DNA of 64,000 bases from NCBI GenBank assembly GCA_951406725.2, contig OX597818.1, forward strand, positions 133,114,001 to 133,178,000. Reading direction: 5' to 3'. The notes under the pieces are model-generated. The model worked only from the letters and a program-made list of their open reading frames with translations. It was not told the DNA's origin and searched no databases. This document shows positions 1-12,170 of this stretch, piece after piece; the stretch's first letter is position 1; each line of letters starts with the position of its first letter. The stretch comes from Octopus vulgaris (taxonomy: Eukaryota). The position numbers were made by a program, and so were the translations under genes.

Positions 1-545
1 CCAGCCTCGTCTGGCACCTGTGTCGGTGGCACATAAAAAACACCATCCGAGCGTGGCCGTCCGCCAGCCTCGTCTGGCACCTGTGTCGGTGACACATAAG
101 AAAACACCATCCGAGCGTGGCCGTCTGCCAGCCTCGTCTGACACCTGTGTCGGTGACACATAAGAAAACACCATCCGAGCGTGGCCGTCTGCCAGCCTCG
201 TCTGGCACCTGTGTCGGTGACACATAAGAAAACACCATCCGAGCGTGGCCGTCTGCCAGCCTCGTCTGGCACCTGTGTCGGTGGCACATAAGAAAACACC
301 ATCCGAGCGTGGCCGTCTGCCAGCCTCGTCTGGCACCTGTGTCGGTGGCACATAAAAAACACCATCCGAGCGTGGCCGTCTGCCAGCCTCGTCTGGCACC
401 TGTGTCGGTGACACATAAGAAAACACCATCCGAGCGTGGCCGTCTGCCAGCCTCGTCTGGCACCTGTGTCGGTGGCACATGAAAACACTATCCGAGCGTG
501 GCCGTCTGCCAGCCTCGTCTGGCACCTGTGTCGGTGGCACATAAA
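1..545 (+). repeat. Tandem array of 62-64 bp GC-rich units inside the RTE 3' UTR (at least 8.5 units)
   Basis: CCAGCCTCGTCTGGCACCTGTGTCGGTGRCACATAA.AAAACACCATCCGAGCGTGGCCGTCTG recurs with unit starts at 1, 64, 128, 192, 256, 320, 383, 447 and 509. Confidence 0.95.
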
Positions 546-725
546 ATCACCCACTACACTCTCGGAGTGGTTGGCGTTAGGAAGGGCATCCAGCTGTAGA
601 AACACTGCCACATCTGACTGGCCTGGTGCAGCCTTCGGGCTTCCCAGACCCCAGTTGAACCGTCCAACCCATGCTAGCATGGAAAGCGGACGTTAAACGA
701 TGATGATGATGATGATGATGATGAT
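1..725 (+). mobile_element. 3' UTR and tail of an RTE-clade LINE, running off the left edge of the window
   Basis: Near-identical to 18330-18693, the 3' UTR of the RT-encoding element. Ends GGAAGGGCATCCAGCTGTAGAAAC...CGGACGTTAAAC followed by (GAT)n. Confidence 0.9.
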
Positions 726-946
726 GCCAGCAGTAAATGCATCCTCATGCTTTTTATCCACAGAGTAAATACATTGCTAAGCATTTTTTAAAGTTTTAAT
801 TCACAGAGAAGTTACATGGCATTTTATTAACTATGATAAAGTAATGCAAAGACAAATGATTATTAACATAAAATTTACTCGAGATATACACGAAAAAAAG
901 CAAATCAGTTACTTTTAAAAATAGATTTGTAAGCATGCACACTCTC

Positions 947-977
<31 letters not shown>

Positions 978-1489
978 CCCTCTCGCTCTCTCTCTCTGAA
1001 TCACATACTCTCTCTCACACATTCACACACACAATTTCTCTCATATAAACATACACACACACAAAAATGCAGTAAAAAGACAACACACTTCTAAACTGGA
1101 AGAAAGGAAGACATAAAAAAAATTATGATCTTAAATAATCTAGTTTTTGCACTTTTGATATTCATTGACAATGCATTAAATTCTTGCTGCACTAACTTTA
1201 TATTTCTTTTTATGACAAGGAATTTCTGCACCATCGATATACTGTTTGATTATTATTTCATTTCTTGAATGTTTCTTTTCAGGATTTCAGAAATTTTCCA
1301 GATTCATAGGATGAAATTTTTATTTTTGAATTTCTTTCAATGAATTGCAACATATTTGTTCTGTGAATAAAAGCTTTAAATGTTTACTGAGGTATTTATT
1401 CTATGGTTAAAAAGCATGAGGCTAAATTTTGTCAATGGTATATTCTGCATGACAATGAATTCACCAACAATATGTTGGTGAAGAGGACT

Positions 1490-1710
1490 GGCTTGCAAAG
1501 GTCCTGAGTTGGTACCATGTAAAAAGCACTTGTGCTGATGCGATGTAAAGGCACTCATGCCAGTGCTATGTTAAAAGCACCCAACATACACTTATAAAGT
1601 GATTGGCATTAGGAAGTGCATCCAGCCATAGAAAACCAAGCCAAATCAGGTTCAGCTCTCTGGCTTGCCAGCTCTAGCTAAATCATCCAGCATGGAAAAC
1701 AGACATTAAA
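1490..1710 (+). mobile_element. Old degenerate RTE 3' tail
   Basis: AAAAGCAC subrepeats, TTGGCATTAGGAAGTGCATCCAGCCATAGAAA and CAGCATGGAAAACAGACATTAAA are diverged versions of 545-700. Confidence 0.65.
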
Positions 1711-1848
1711 AGAGGAGGAGTAGGAGGAGCAGGAGGAGTAGGTGGAGGAGGAGGGGGAGGAGGAGGATATTGGCTTACAAAATAATTCCCTTGCAATAAA
1801 ACTACAATGTGTATATACAGCAATATAATTTTCAATATAATTTTCTAA

Positions 1849-2080
1849 AGGCGGCGAGCTGGCAGAAACGTTAGCACGCCGGGCGAAATTCGTAGCCGTA
1901 TTTCGTCTGTCGTTATGTTCTGAGTTCAAATTCCGCCGAGGTCGACTTTACCTTTCATCCTTTCGGGGTTGATAAATTAAGTACCAGTTACGCACTGGGG
2001 TCGATGTAGTCGACTTAATCCCTTTGTCTGTCCTTGTTTGTCCCCTCTGTGTTTAGCCCCTTGTGGGTAGTAAAGAAATA
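1849..2080 (+). mobile_element. tRNA-derived SINE, family B (central domain resembles Meta/Sauria SINE)
   Basis: A-box TGGCAGAAACG, B-box GAGTTCAAATTC, central GGTCGACTTT.CCTTTCATCCTTTCGGGGT.GATAAA. 15-bp TSD AATATAATTTTCTAA at 1834-1848 and 2081-2095. Confidence 0.9.
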
Positions 2081-3078
2081 AATATAATTTTCTAATGTTA
2101 AATTTACTATGAGGTATTGACTGGACACCTTTGCCAAGTTTGGGTCTCATCTACAAAGAAACAAAACTTGTGTCCATCTCATATAGACACTTTTTAATTG
2201 ATCACTTCCAATAATCTCTCAGAAGCTGTGTCAGTCTTTACTCTGCATTAGTTAGCAACAACCACAGAAAAGTTTGCATAGAACATAACAGAACATAATA
2301 ATTAACTTTTGTTTCCTGTCAAGCAAGCTAATCAATTTGTTTTCTACAGACCAATACGTTTGTTTGATACGTAAGAAATAGCAATGAAATACCCCTAAAA
2401 TCACACTTTATTAATCGTTATGTCTTCAGGGGTTTGAATATGACAATGTTGGAGTGTGCACAAGAGTGTAGAACAGTAATACCTAAATATATATTTGGAT
2501 ATGGTTATCTAGAATAACCTTTCACTGAATTAATATGTTCATAGAGAACATGCTCTGTACTATGCCAAACATAGGTATGATATTAAACTAACATAGTAAT
2601 CCAGTATGAATGGTCAACGCTGTCCAATACTCTATCAGTTTGATATTTCTCATAAACTGACATTTCATACAAATAGTCGATATTGTATTCAATCTTTCAG
2701 TTCTTTTAGGAGTAGCAGGTAGTGTTTTAGCTCTTCAGGGAGTAATGGCCCTGCTTTTTGTGAGTTCTTTTCCTCAGTTGACTCCTTACCACTACACCCA
2801 TTAAGGACTCATGTCCAGGCATACAAACCATGGTTATAGCCAAGTTTTTTAGCAGCATGAAGCTGTATGAAAGAAAAAAGATTGACGACAGACTGAAAGT
2901 TTGGGTAGGACACTTGGAGATGATACTCAATACCCTGAAGTACTAACAATATAAGTTCTACAGATGGTTGCAAGCTGGTGGAAGTGTGGTACAGACAACT
3001 TTAGTTCATTATACACCAAAATATCTGTTTCTATATTTGTAGAAACAGATAACTAAGGCCAGCAATCACTATTGACAA

Positions 3079-3284
3079 TTACTCTTTACTCTTTACTCTT
3101 TTACTTGTTTCAGTCATTTGACTGCGGCCATGCTGGACCACCGCCTTTAGTCGAGCAAATCGACCCCGAGACTTATTCTTTGTAAGCCCAGTACTTATTC
3201 TATCGGTCTCTTTTTTGCCGAACCACTAAGTAACGGGGACATAAACACACCAGCATCGGTTGTCAAGCAATGCTAGGGGGGCAA

Positions 3285-3315
<31 letters not shown>

Positions 3316-3506
3316 CATATATACAACGGGCTTCTTTCAGTTTCCGTCTACCAAATCCACTCACAAGGCATTGATCGGCCCAAGGCTATAGTAGAAGACA
3401 CTTGCCCAAGGTGCCACGCAGTGGGATTGAACCCGGAACCATGAGGTTGGTAAACAAGCTACTTACCACACAGCCACTCCTGCGCTATACACAGCCACTC
3501 CTGCGC
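3079..3506 (-). mobile_element. tRNA-derived SINE, family A (CORE-like), with a short duplicated 5' end
   Basis: Head GCGCAGGAGTGGCTGTGTGGTAAG with B-box GGTTCAATCCC, CTTGGGCAAGTGTC core and (AAGAGTA)n tail. CACAGCCACTCCTGCGC occurs twice. Confidence 0.9.
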
Positions 3507-3683
3507 ATATCATTACTTTGGAATTTATAAAAGGAATTCTCTTAAATAGGGTTTGAACAACAAAAATACAATTCAACCTAATAAAAGAAGCAACAAAATC
3601 TGCCACAAATCACATTCTGTCACCTAATATATATTGGATAATATAAGCTTATTATAAAAAAAAGAGGATTATATAGGATTATA

Positions 3684-4109
3684 GGTGCAGGAATGGCTGT
3701 GTGGTAAGTAGCTTGCCTACCAACCACATGGTTCTGGGTTCAGTCCCACTGCGTGGCATCTTGGGCAAGTGTCTTCTGCTATAGCCTCGGGCCGACCAAT
3801 GCCTTGTGAGTGGATTTGGTAGACGGAAACTGAAAGAAGCCTGTCGTATATATGTATATATATATATATATGTATGTGTATGTATATGTTTGTGTGTCTG
3901 TGTTTGTCCCCCCTAGCATTACTTGACAACCGATGCTGGTGTGTTTACGTCCCCGTCACTTAGCGGTTCGGCAAAAGAGATCCGATAGAATAAGTACTGG
4001 GCTTACAAAGAATAAGTCCCGGGGTCGATTTGCTCAACTAAAGGCGGTGCTCCAGCATGGCTGCAGTCAAATGACTGAAACAAGTTAAAGAGTAAAGAGT
4101 TAAAGAGTA
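3684..4109 (+). mobile_element. SINE family A
   Basis: Full-length head, core and tail; reverse complement of 3079-3486. Confidence 0.9.
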
Positions 4110-4267
4110 TAGCTGGAATATCTTTGATCACAGAGCTACTTAAGCATGAGGGGGTTGAATTAAACAAGGGTACCTTTGTACACTGAAGGCTATGCTATAA
4201 TGTTAGGGTGTTTTCTCAGTGGTTTCTTATTGTCATTTTCAGATAAAGCATAAAGTCTATGAGTTAA

Positions 4268-4488
4268 CCCTTTAGTGTTCGCATTATTCTACCAAAATTA
4301 ATCCTTTTTTATCCACATTGCCTTGAACTAATTATACATTATCTTGTAGTTATGAGATTTTGATGAGGTAGCTGTTAATTTTTAAAACGATATTGTAGGG
4401 TTGGTGTGAGAGACCAGATCTGGCCATTTTGAACATAAAACAAGCAGAATACTTTTGGCCGGATAAGGCCGGTTTAAATGCTAAAGGG
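4268..4488. mobile_element. piggyBac-type MITE
   Basis: TTAA TSDs at 4264-4267 and 4489-4492; termini CCCTTTAGTGTT...AATGCTAAAGGG. Confidence 0.85.
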
Positions 4489-4699
4489 TTAAAGAAAAAA
4501 ACAAAGAGAAAATGGTGACTTTCATGTTTCTCAAAAGAGCCTTAGGGACAAAAGTAGTACTTACTTCAGGTTTGTGGTGCTCACCAACCAAGAAACTAGT
4601 CTGGCCAGCTTTGATGTCTCCATCAAAATGTACCAAAAAATATTTAGGACATGATTATTAAATAATGAAGTTATACGAAAGCCATATAAAACTGCAACC

Positions 4700-5055
4700 A
4701 TTGCAATGGGTTAAGAAGTTCGTTTTATAACCACATGGCTCTGGTTTTAAGCTCTGTGCATGACGCCTTGAACAAGTTGACCAATATATTGTGCACAGGA
4801 TTTGGCAGATGGAAATTATGCCGAATTTCATTGCACGTGTGTGTGTGTGTGTGTGTGTATGTGTGTGTGTGTGTGTGTGTGTTTATGTTGTCTCTTTATG
4901 TCCTGTCTTAACAACTCAACACATAAAGACTGATGGAATGAGTACCAGCCCGAAATAAGCGCTTGAGCCAATATGACTGACTCAACCCTTAGAAGTGATG
5001 CTCCAGCATGGCTGCTGTCCAATGACTGAAACCAGCAAAGGAATGCAAGGATAAA
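4700..5055 (+). mobile_element. Old degenerate SINE family A
   Basis: ACCACATGG, GGATTTGGCAGATGGAAA and TGCTCCAGCATGGCTGC.GTC.AATGACTGAAAC motifs in the family order. Confidence 0.65.
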
Positions 5056-5409
5056 ATAGTAACCATAAAGATTCAGCTGATTTACAAGAAGAAATTCTTC
5101 ATATAATGAAATGAAATCATCAACACGGAAAAATGAAAGAAAAGTTATTTCTTTAGAAGGGAAAAAATAAATAATAGTATTACTAATAATAATTGCATAT
5201 TTTACTTGTATATTAATAAATATAAAATTGTAATATTTATATTTTATATCAAGTTAACATCATTCATAATATTATATGCAGAATCAGGCAAACAATATTA
5301 TTTTAATGAAAAGATCTATTATTGTCTACCAGTTGACTGCAAGTATAATAACTATCTATCTGTCCAACCTATTCTATTGAGAAGATCACTATTGTTAGAA
5401 AATAATAAT

Positions 5410-5441
<32 letters not shown>

Positions 5442-5979
5442 CCATAACAGCAACAAGAAGAAGAAAAAAAGTATCGTTTTCATTATGTACTGTAGAAATC
5501 AAACTAGTGGAAAATCATCACTGACACTAAAATGGTTCAATTTATCATTCTTTAAAAATCCCCACTGACAATCTAATTTAAAAAAAAAAATTAAAGAGAG
5601 ATAGAATAAGTGAGAGAAAAAAAAGGCGAGAGCAAGACAGAGAGAGAGAGAGAGAGAGAGAGAGGTAGAGAGAGGGAGTGGGAGAGTAAATGAGAGGGTG
5701 GGTGAGGAAGATGGGGTGAGAGTAGAAACAACCATTTCAGTTCAGTAATTCCTTACTAAGAGACAAATAAGAAGTCTAAAGACATTACAAATGCAAGTGT
5801 TCCTTGAGAATTCAAATTATTTATAGTAAGACAGTGATAATTTTCTCATAAGCACCACATCATACAATAAAGTATTGACCACTTGAGATGAGTCATGGGG
5901 AAAATAAAGAAATAAATGATTTCTAACTAATACTTGAGGTGTTTTACATAGAAGAATTAAATCTGTCACATACATACAC

Positions 5980-6002
5980 ATGCTCTCTCTCTCTCTCTCC
6001 CT

Positions 6003-6041
<39 letters not shown>

Positions 6042-6147
6042 ACATACTCTATCTTTATTTTATATTGCTTCATTTTCCCTTTCTATCACTCATTCTCTCT
6101 CTCCCTCTCACCATCCCTCCATATACATATATATATATGTATATATA

Positions 6148-6209
<62 letters not shown>

Positions 6210-6244
6210 AATATATATATGAGTGTGTGTATATATAAATATAC

Positions 6245-6335
<91 letters not shown>

Positions 6336-6495
6336 CATTCTTTGAATAGTGATAGTTTATGTGAATATGCTTGTCATTGTTTAAATGTGTGTATACACAC
6401 TCATACACACATGCACATATGCATGTGTATATAGATATATATGTGTGAGTGCATACGTGTGTGTATATGTGTGTATATACATATATATACACACG

Positions 6496-6547
<52 letters not shown>

Positions 6548-7040
6548 CATACACATACCCATGTAAACTTACACATATATGCACACACATGCATACATAT
6601 ATATCCATACATTTATATGTGTGTGTCTATGTTTAGATGCGAGTGTATTAAAATATATGTGAACTTACTTGCATGTGTTAAATATGCTTAAGAAAGTGTG
6701 TTTGTTTAGATATGTATGTGCATGGATGTATATAATTTTACACATATATTCATATAAGTGTGTATATATATCTGTCCCATTTGCATACAGATCAGCATGT
6801 GTATTGACAGAGTCTTTTGCATATAATATAATGCATGTATGCATTTATGCATGTTAATTTTTAATGTATGTGTAGTTATATGTATGAATGTATGTATTTA
6901 TGTATATTTATATACATACATGTATGTAAATGTATATATATATATATATAAATATATATACATACATACATACATACATACATACATACATACATACATA
7001 CATACATACATACATACATACATTCATACATACATACATA
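5980..7040. repeat. Microsatellite field (CT, CA, TA, TACA)
   Basis: Directly visible; source of the IY/HT/CV pseudo-ORFs. Confidence 0.95.
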
Positions 7041-7165
7041 TCTGTGTACATGATTCCCTTTGGAGCTGTTGCTTATCTTCACTATGTATATATTCAATTA
7101 TTGAAATTCATAGAGGTCTGTTTATATATTTATTCACATTAAGATTGTATAGAACTTCAACAAAA

Positions 7166-7439
7166 AAATAAACATAATAATGGTAGTAGTAGTAGTAGAA
7201 GTAGTAATAATAATGATAATAATAATAATAATAATGAGAAGAAGAAGAAGAAGAAGAAGAAGAAGAAGAAAGTAAATAAATATAATAATGGTAGTAGTAG
7301 TAGTAATAATAATAATAATAAGAAGAAGAAGAAGAAGAAGAAAAACTAAATAAATATAATAATGGTAGTTGTAGTAGTAGTAATAATAATAATAATAATA
7401 ATAATAATGATAATAATAATAATAATAATAATGATGATG

Positions 7440-7497
<58 letters not shown>

Positions 7498-7605
7498 TAA
7501 TGATAATAATAGGAAGAAGAAGAAGAAGAAGAAGAAGAAAGTAAATAAACATAATAAGGGTAGTAGTAGTAGTAGTAATAATAATGATAATAATAATAAT
7601 AATAA

Positions 7606-7636
<31 letters not shown>

Positions 7637-7679
7637 AAGAAGAAACTAAATAAATATAATAATGGTAGAAGTAGTAGTA

Positions 7680-7762
<83 letters not shown>

Positions 7763-7806
7763 AAGAAGAAGAAGAAGAAGAAGAAGAAGAAGAAGAAGAA
7801 GCAGAA
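7166..7806. repeat. Higher-order compound trinucleotide repeat, 5 units of anchor-(TAG)n-(TAA)n-(GAA)n
   Basis: Anchor AAATAAAYATAATAA(T/G)GGTAG recurs near 7166, 7273, 7347, 7542 and 7647. Confidence 0.9.
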
Positions 7807-8292
7807 GTACACAGGGAAGAGTGGAAATATATATATATTTTTGAGGCCAAAACAAAAGACAATTATCTCTGTACACCATTTTCAATCATCTTATATATAT
7901 GCATATACATGCTTCTAAAAAGTTTACATTATTCATTTACAACTTTAAAATGCATGTGGGTATTGAAAGTGATAGCGGAGAACGTGTAAATGTATCACGG
8001 TGATTAAACTACAGTAATGAAAGGAATGGAGGCTGCTTCAATGGATAAATCTAAACCCAATATTGTTTGGATTTTATCATTTGCTGTATTGCGTTACATA
8101 TATCAACAATGCACCTCATCAATATATATAATATTGATTTCTAGCTCTGGCACAAAGACGATCTGTTTCAAAATTTTGGAAAAAATGCAGTGTGGTTGAT
8201 TGAATTTATTCCAGTAATTACTGGTATTTACTATTTAATGATACTGGAAGAAATGAAAGGCTAAGTCAAACCTAGTGAGATTAAAAATCAAC

Positions 8293-8707
8293 TCTTTTTA
8301 CTCTCTTTTACTCTTTTATTTGTTTCAGTCATTTAACTGCGGCCATGCTGGAGCACCACCTTTAGTCGAGCAACTCGACCCTGGGACTTATTCTTTCGTA
8401 AGCCCAGTACTTATTCTATCGGTCTCTCTTTTGCCGAACCGCTAAGTGACGGGGACGTAAACACACCAGCATCGGTTGTCAAGCGATGCTAGGGGGACAA
8501 ACACAGACACACAAACACACACATATATATATATACATATATACGACAGGCTTCTTTCAGCTTCCGTCTACCAAATCCACTCACAAGGCATTGGTCGGCC
8601 CGGGGCTATAGCAGAGGACACTTGCCCAAGATGCCACGCAGTGGGACTGAACCCGGAACCATGTGGTTGGTTAGCAAGCTACTTACCACACAGCCACTCC
8701 TGCGCCT
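8293..8707 (-). mobile_element. SINE family A flanked by a ~131-bp direct duplication
   Basis: Full-length copy; 8161-8292 is repeated at 8708-8838 with a single 1-nt indel. Confidence 0.92.
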
Positions 8708-9212
8708 ATCTGTTTCAAAATTTGGAAAAAATGCAGTGTGGTTGATTGAATTTATTCCAGTAATTACTGGTATTTACTATTTAATGATACTGGAAGAAAT
8801 GAAAGGCTAAGTCAAACCTAGTGAGATTAAAAATCAACACTTAAAAAAAATAAATAAAATCAGAGTTAAGTTTAAACAAGAAAATGGATTTAGTTCAGCT
8901 GTTTTCTGTTTTGGTTACTCCATGATTCCCTATGCAAAATGTACAATAATGCCTTCTATTGTAGAATAAATATTATTCACATGTGCACATGTACAATTAA
9001 GCAAAACAAAAACAGTATTCAATACGGTGAAGTAAGGTGGAATATAATTTATACAAAGCCCAGTTTGAGTGAATCACGACCGAAGTTTCCTGCTTCAGCT
9101 CCTTTCTGCTTCATCAGTCGCTTGATGAAGTGGAAAAGTGAAACTTGAGTAGTGACTCCCTCAGACTCGGCTTTGACTAAATCTTATGCACGTATGGACA
9201 CACACAACGACA

Positions 9213-9259
<47 letters not shown>

Positions 9260-9297
9260 TCACACACATATATGTGTATGTATATGTGTGTATGTAT

Positions 9298-9568
9298 ATC
9301 ATCATCATCATCATCATCATCATCGTTCAACGTCCGTTTTCCGTGCTTGCACGGGTTGGACAGTTCAACCAGGGTCTGGGAAGCCAGGAGGCTGTACCAG
9401 GCTCCAGTCTGATCTGGCAGTGTTTCTACAGCTGGATGCCCTTCCTAACGCCAACCACTCCATGAGTGTAGTGGGTGCTTTTTACGTGCCACCCGCACAG
9501 GTGCCAGGGGAGTCTGGCAGTGGCCACCATCAGTTAGTGCATTTTACATGCCACCGGCACGGAAGCCA
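9298..9568 (-). mobile_element. RTE 3' tail fragment
   Basis: (ATC)n followed by the reverse complement of the RTE terminal segment and one subrepeat. Confidence 0.85.
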
Positions 9569-9739
9569 TATATACAGTGTATGTTGGTTAATGATTGAAA
9601 GATTCTCTCTCTCTCCCTCTCTCTCTCTCTCAATATATATGCGTATGTATATGCATGCATATATGTTTGTAACATATACATATATATAATGTATATAATT
9701 TATATAAGTATATATAAATATATGAAGCTAGTATGCTCC

Positions 9740-10560
9740 ACTGGATGTGTAATATCAGCGTGCATGCATGACAGAATGTAAGCATCCTGAGAGAAAAGTT
9801 GGACATTAAGAAGCATTAGATGTGGTGTGCAAGAGAGACAACTGCATTGGTATGGTCAAGTGATGTGCATGGATGAGGACAGCTGTGTGAAGAAGTGTCA
9901 CATCCTAACAGTGGAGGGAACCTGTGGAAGAGGTAGACCCAGGAAGACATAGGATGAGGTGGTGAAGTACGGTCTTCAAATGTTGGTCCTCACAGAGGCA
10001 ATAACAAGTAAACAAGACCTTTGGAGGTATGCCATGCTTGAGAAGACCCATCAAGCCAAGTAAGATCATAGGTATGGCCAATACCGGTGTTGCATAACTG
10101 GCCCATTAAAAGCACTCTTCAATCGTTGGGCAATGTGTTGTGCTTAAGACCTGTCGGACTGGGTGAAATCATAGTTGTGGCTAATGCCAGGGCTGTCTAA
10201 CTGGCACCCATGCCTGTGGTACATAAAAAGCACTGTTTGAGCAATGGGCCTCATAAAGGCATAGGCATCGAGCCAAGTGAGAGCACAGTCATGGCCAATG
10301 CCAGTTAAAAGCACCCATTAAAAGCACCCTTCAATCGTTGGGTGTGCTTGAGAAGACCTATCGAACTGAGGGAAATCGTAGTGCTTGAGAACACCTGTAA
10401 AACTAAAGGAGATCGCTGCCAGTGCTGTCTGACTGGCACCCGTGCCAATGAAACATAAAAAGCACCATTCAAGCATTAGGCCTCATGGAGGCAGTGACAA
10501 GTGACCAATACCTTTGGCAATATACCATGCTTGTGTAGACCTATCAATCCAAGTGAGACC
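9740..10560 (+). mobile_element. Older RTE copy: degenerate ORF C-terminus plus 3' UTR
   Basis: Encodes RCGVQERQLHWYGQVMCMDEDSCVKKCHILTVEGTCGRGRPRKT, homologous to 17820-17950; AAAAGCAC subrepeats follow. Confidence 0.8.
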
Positions 10561-10929
10561 ATTTAAGTTGCTTTGGTGGTATTTTTTTCACCAAATAATT
10601 GAACTAAAATAGAAAACCAATTTAAGTACCATGTATGTTTATTGATAAATGCAATTCAGTAAATACATTGTGAAGATGTGTTGATAGACAAGACAACATA
10701 AATACAAGGAATTACATATATTGTAAATATATCACAGGATGGGTAGCATTTGTTTTTAATTCTATGATATTGAACATATTGTAGATTATCTAAAAAAGGA
10801 AACTTTTAAAACTATTAAAGTTAAGTACAGGCTATGTCAGAGGAGTATGATAACTCTGAATATATAATGAGACTTAGTAATGTTTGCATTGAATGTTTGC
10901 ATCACTGTATCAAAGTTATAAATGCATAT

Positions 10930-11340
10930 TCTTTTACTCTTTTACTCTTTTACTTGTTTCAGTCATTTGACTGCGGCCATGCTGGAGCACCACCTTTAGT
11001 CGAGCAAATCGACCCCGGGACTTATTCTTTGTAAGCCCAGTACTTAGTCTATCGGTCTCTTTTGCCGAACCGCTAAGTGACGGGGACGTAAACACACCAG
11101 CATTGGTTGTCAAGCAATGCTAGGGGGACAAACACAGACACACAAACACACACATATATATATATATACATATATACAACAGGCTTCTTTCAGTTTCCGT
11201 CTACCAAATCCACTCACAAGGCATTGGTCGGCCTGGGGCTATAGCAGAAGACACTTGCCCAAGGTGCCACGCAGTGGGACTGAACCCGGAACCATGTGGT
11301 TGGTTAGCAAGCTACTTACCACACAGCTACTCCTGCGCCT
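10930..11340 (-). mobile_element. SINE family A
   Basis: Full-length, near-identical to 8293-8707. Confidence 0.9.
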
Positions 11341-11399
11341 GAAATTAAGATTTTGAAATGCTAAATCAATAGTAATATAGAAAACATATTCAGGTCACG

Positions 11400-11600
11400 A
11401 CCAAGCAGAATTGTTAGCACAATTGGCAAAATGCTTAGTGGCATTGCATCTGTCATCACATTGAGTTCAAATTCCATCAAAAGATCGATTTTGTTTTTCA
11501 TTTCTTTGGGGTCAATAAATTAAGTACCAGATGAATACTGGGGTCGATGTAACCAACTTACCCCTCCCTAGGATTGCTGGCTGTGTGCCAAAATCTGAAA
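11400..11600 (+). mobile_element. Old SINE family B
   Basis: GAGTTCAAATTCC, GGGGTCAATAAATTAAGTACCAG and GGGGTCGATGTAA motifs. Confidence 0.65.
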
Positions 11601-11829
11601 ACAATGTGGAAAACATATAGTTGAGTTGTTAGGATGCTGGAAAACTAGCAAAGAAGCCAAGGTTATCCAGGACAATTTTATGTCCATAACAAATGCAACA
11701 CTTAAATAGTTAAGTCCTGATGTATTGAAATTAATGAATTTATGCATTAATGAACTTAATGAGTGTTTTATTATTTCACTTCTTTTTACAGGTAAAACTT
11801 CGAAAGAAATGTGTCATGTCAAACTGTCT

Positions 11830-12170
11830 TACATGTATATATTATATTAATAAATAAAACATATGCATATATATAAACATATATGTGCGTACCTACCTCT
11901 ACATGTATATATACACGCATATATGAGTACAGGACACCCAAAAAAATCGTCGAACACAATGAGAAACGAAAACATAGACACAAACCCAAGGAACTGGACA
12001 TTTTTTTAAACAACAAAAAAATAGAGTACAGGACAATTAACTCAAAGAAAAAACCCCTTCTTCAGTCGCCATGGTTTCATCTACTCTACGTTTTGAAGGT
12101 GAAGGCAAGACGTATCTTCGATAAGAAACTTTCCTTCCTGCGAAAAGCAAATCAATTAAAATTTGAGATC
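11830..12170. repeat. Interspersed repeat family next to TA tracts, possibly a Penelope-like terminus (other copies 38670-38910 inverted and 63640-63922)
   Basis: TACCTACCTCTACATGTATATATAC...GTCGAACACAATGAGAAAC...CAGTCGCCATGGTTTCATCTACTC is shared with 63640-63922. Confidence 0.75.

Noticed and set aside
1-545. CRISPR-like array associated with a reverse transcriptase
   Set aside because: Units are near-identical along their whole length with no unique spacers, there are no cas genes, and the array is part of a LINE 3' UTR.
2710-2759. Plus-strand exon VAGSVLALQGVMALLF with AG/GTGAGT boundaries
   Set aside because: Short, no recognised homology and no supported partner exons.
3717-3929. Recurrent ORFs MSSNARG...EPCGW and MLGGQTQ...
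   Set aside because: Antisense readings of SINE-A copies, not genes.
4563-4650. Minus-strand exon ending at a GTAAGT donor
   Set aside because: No convincing acceptor before an in-frame stop and no similarity to the kinesin tail.
5817-7885. Long ORFs rich in IY, CV, HT or poly-L/Y/S (also at 27-28, 33-34, 40, 43 and 56-61 kb)
   Set aside because: Translations of stop-free microsatellites.
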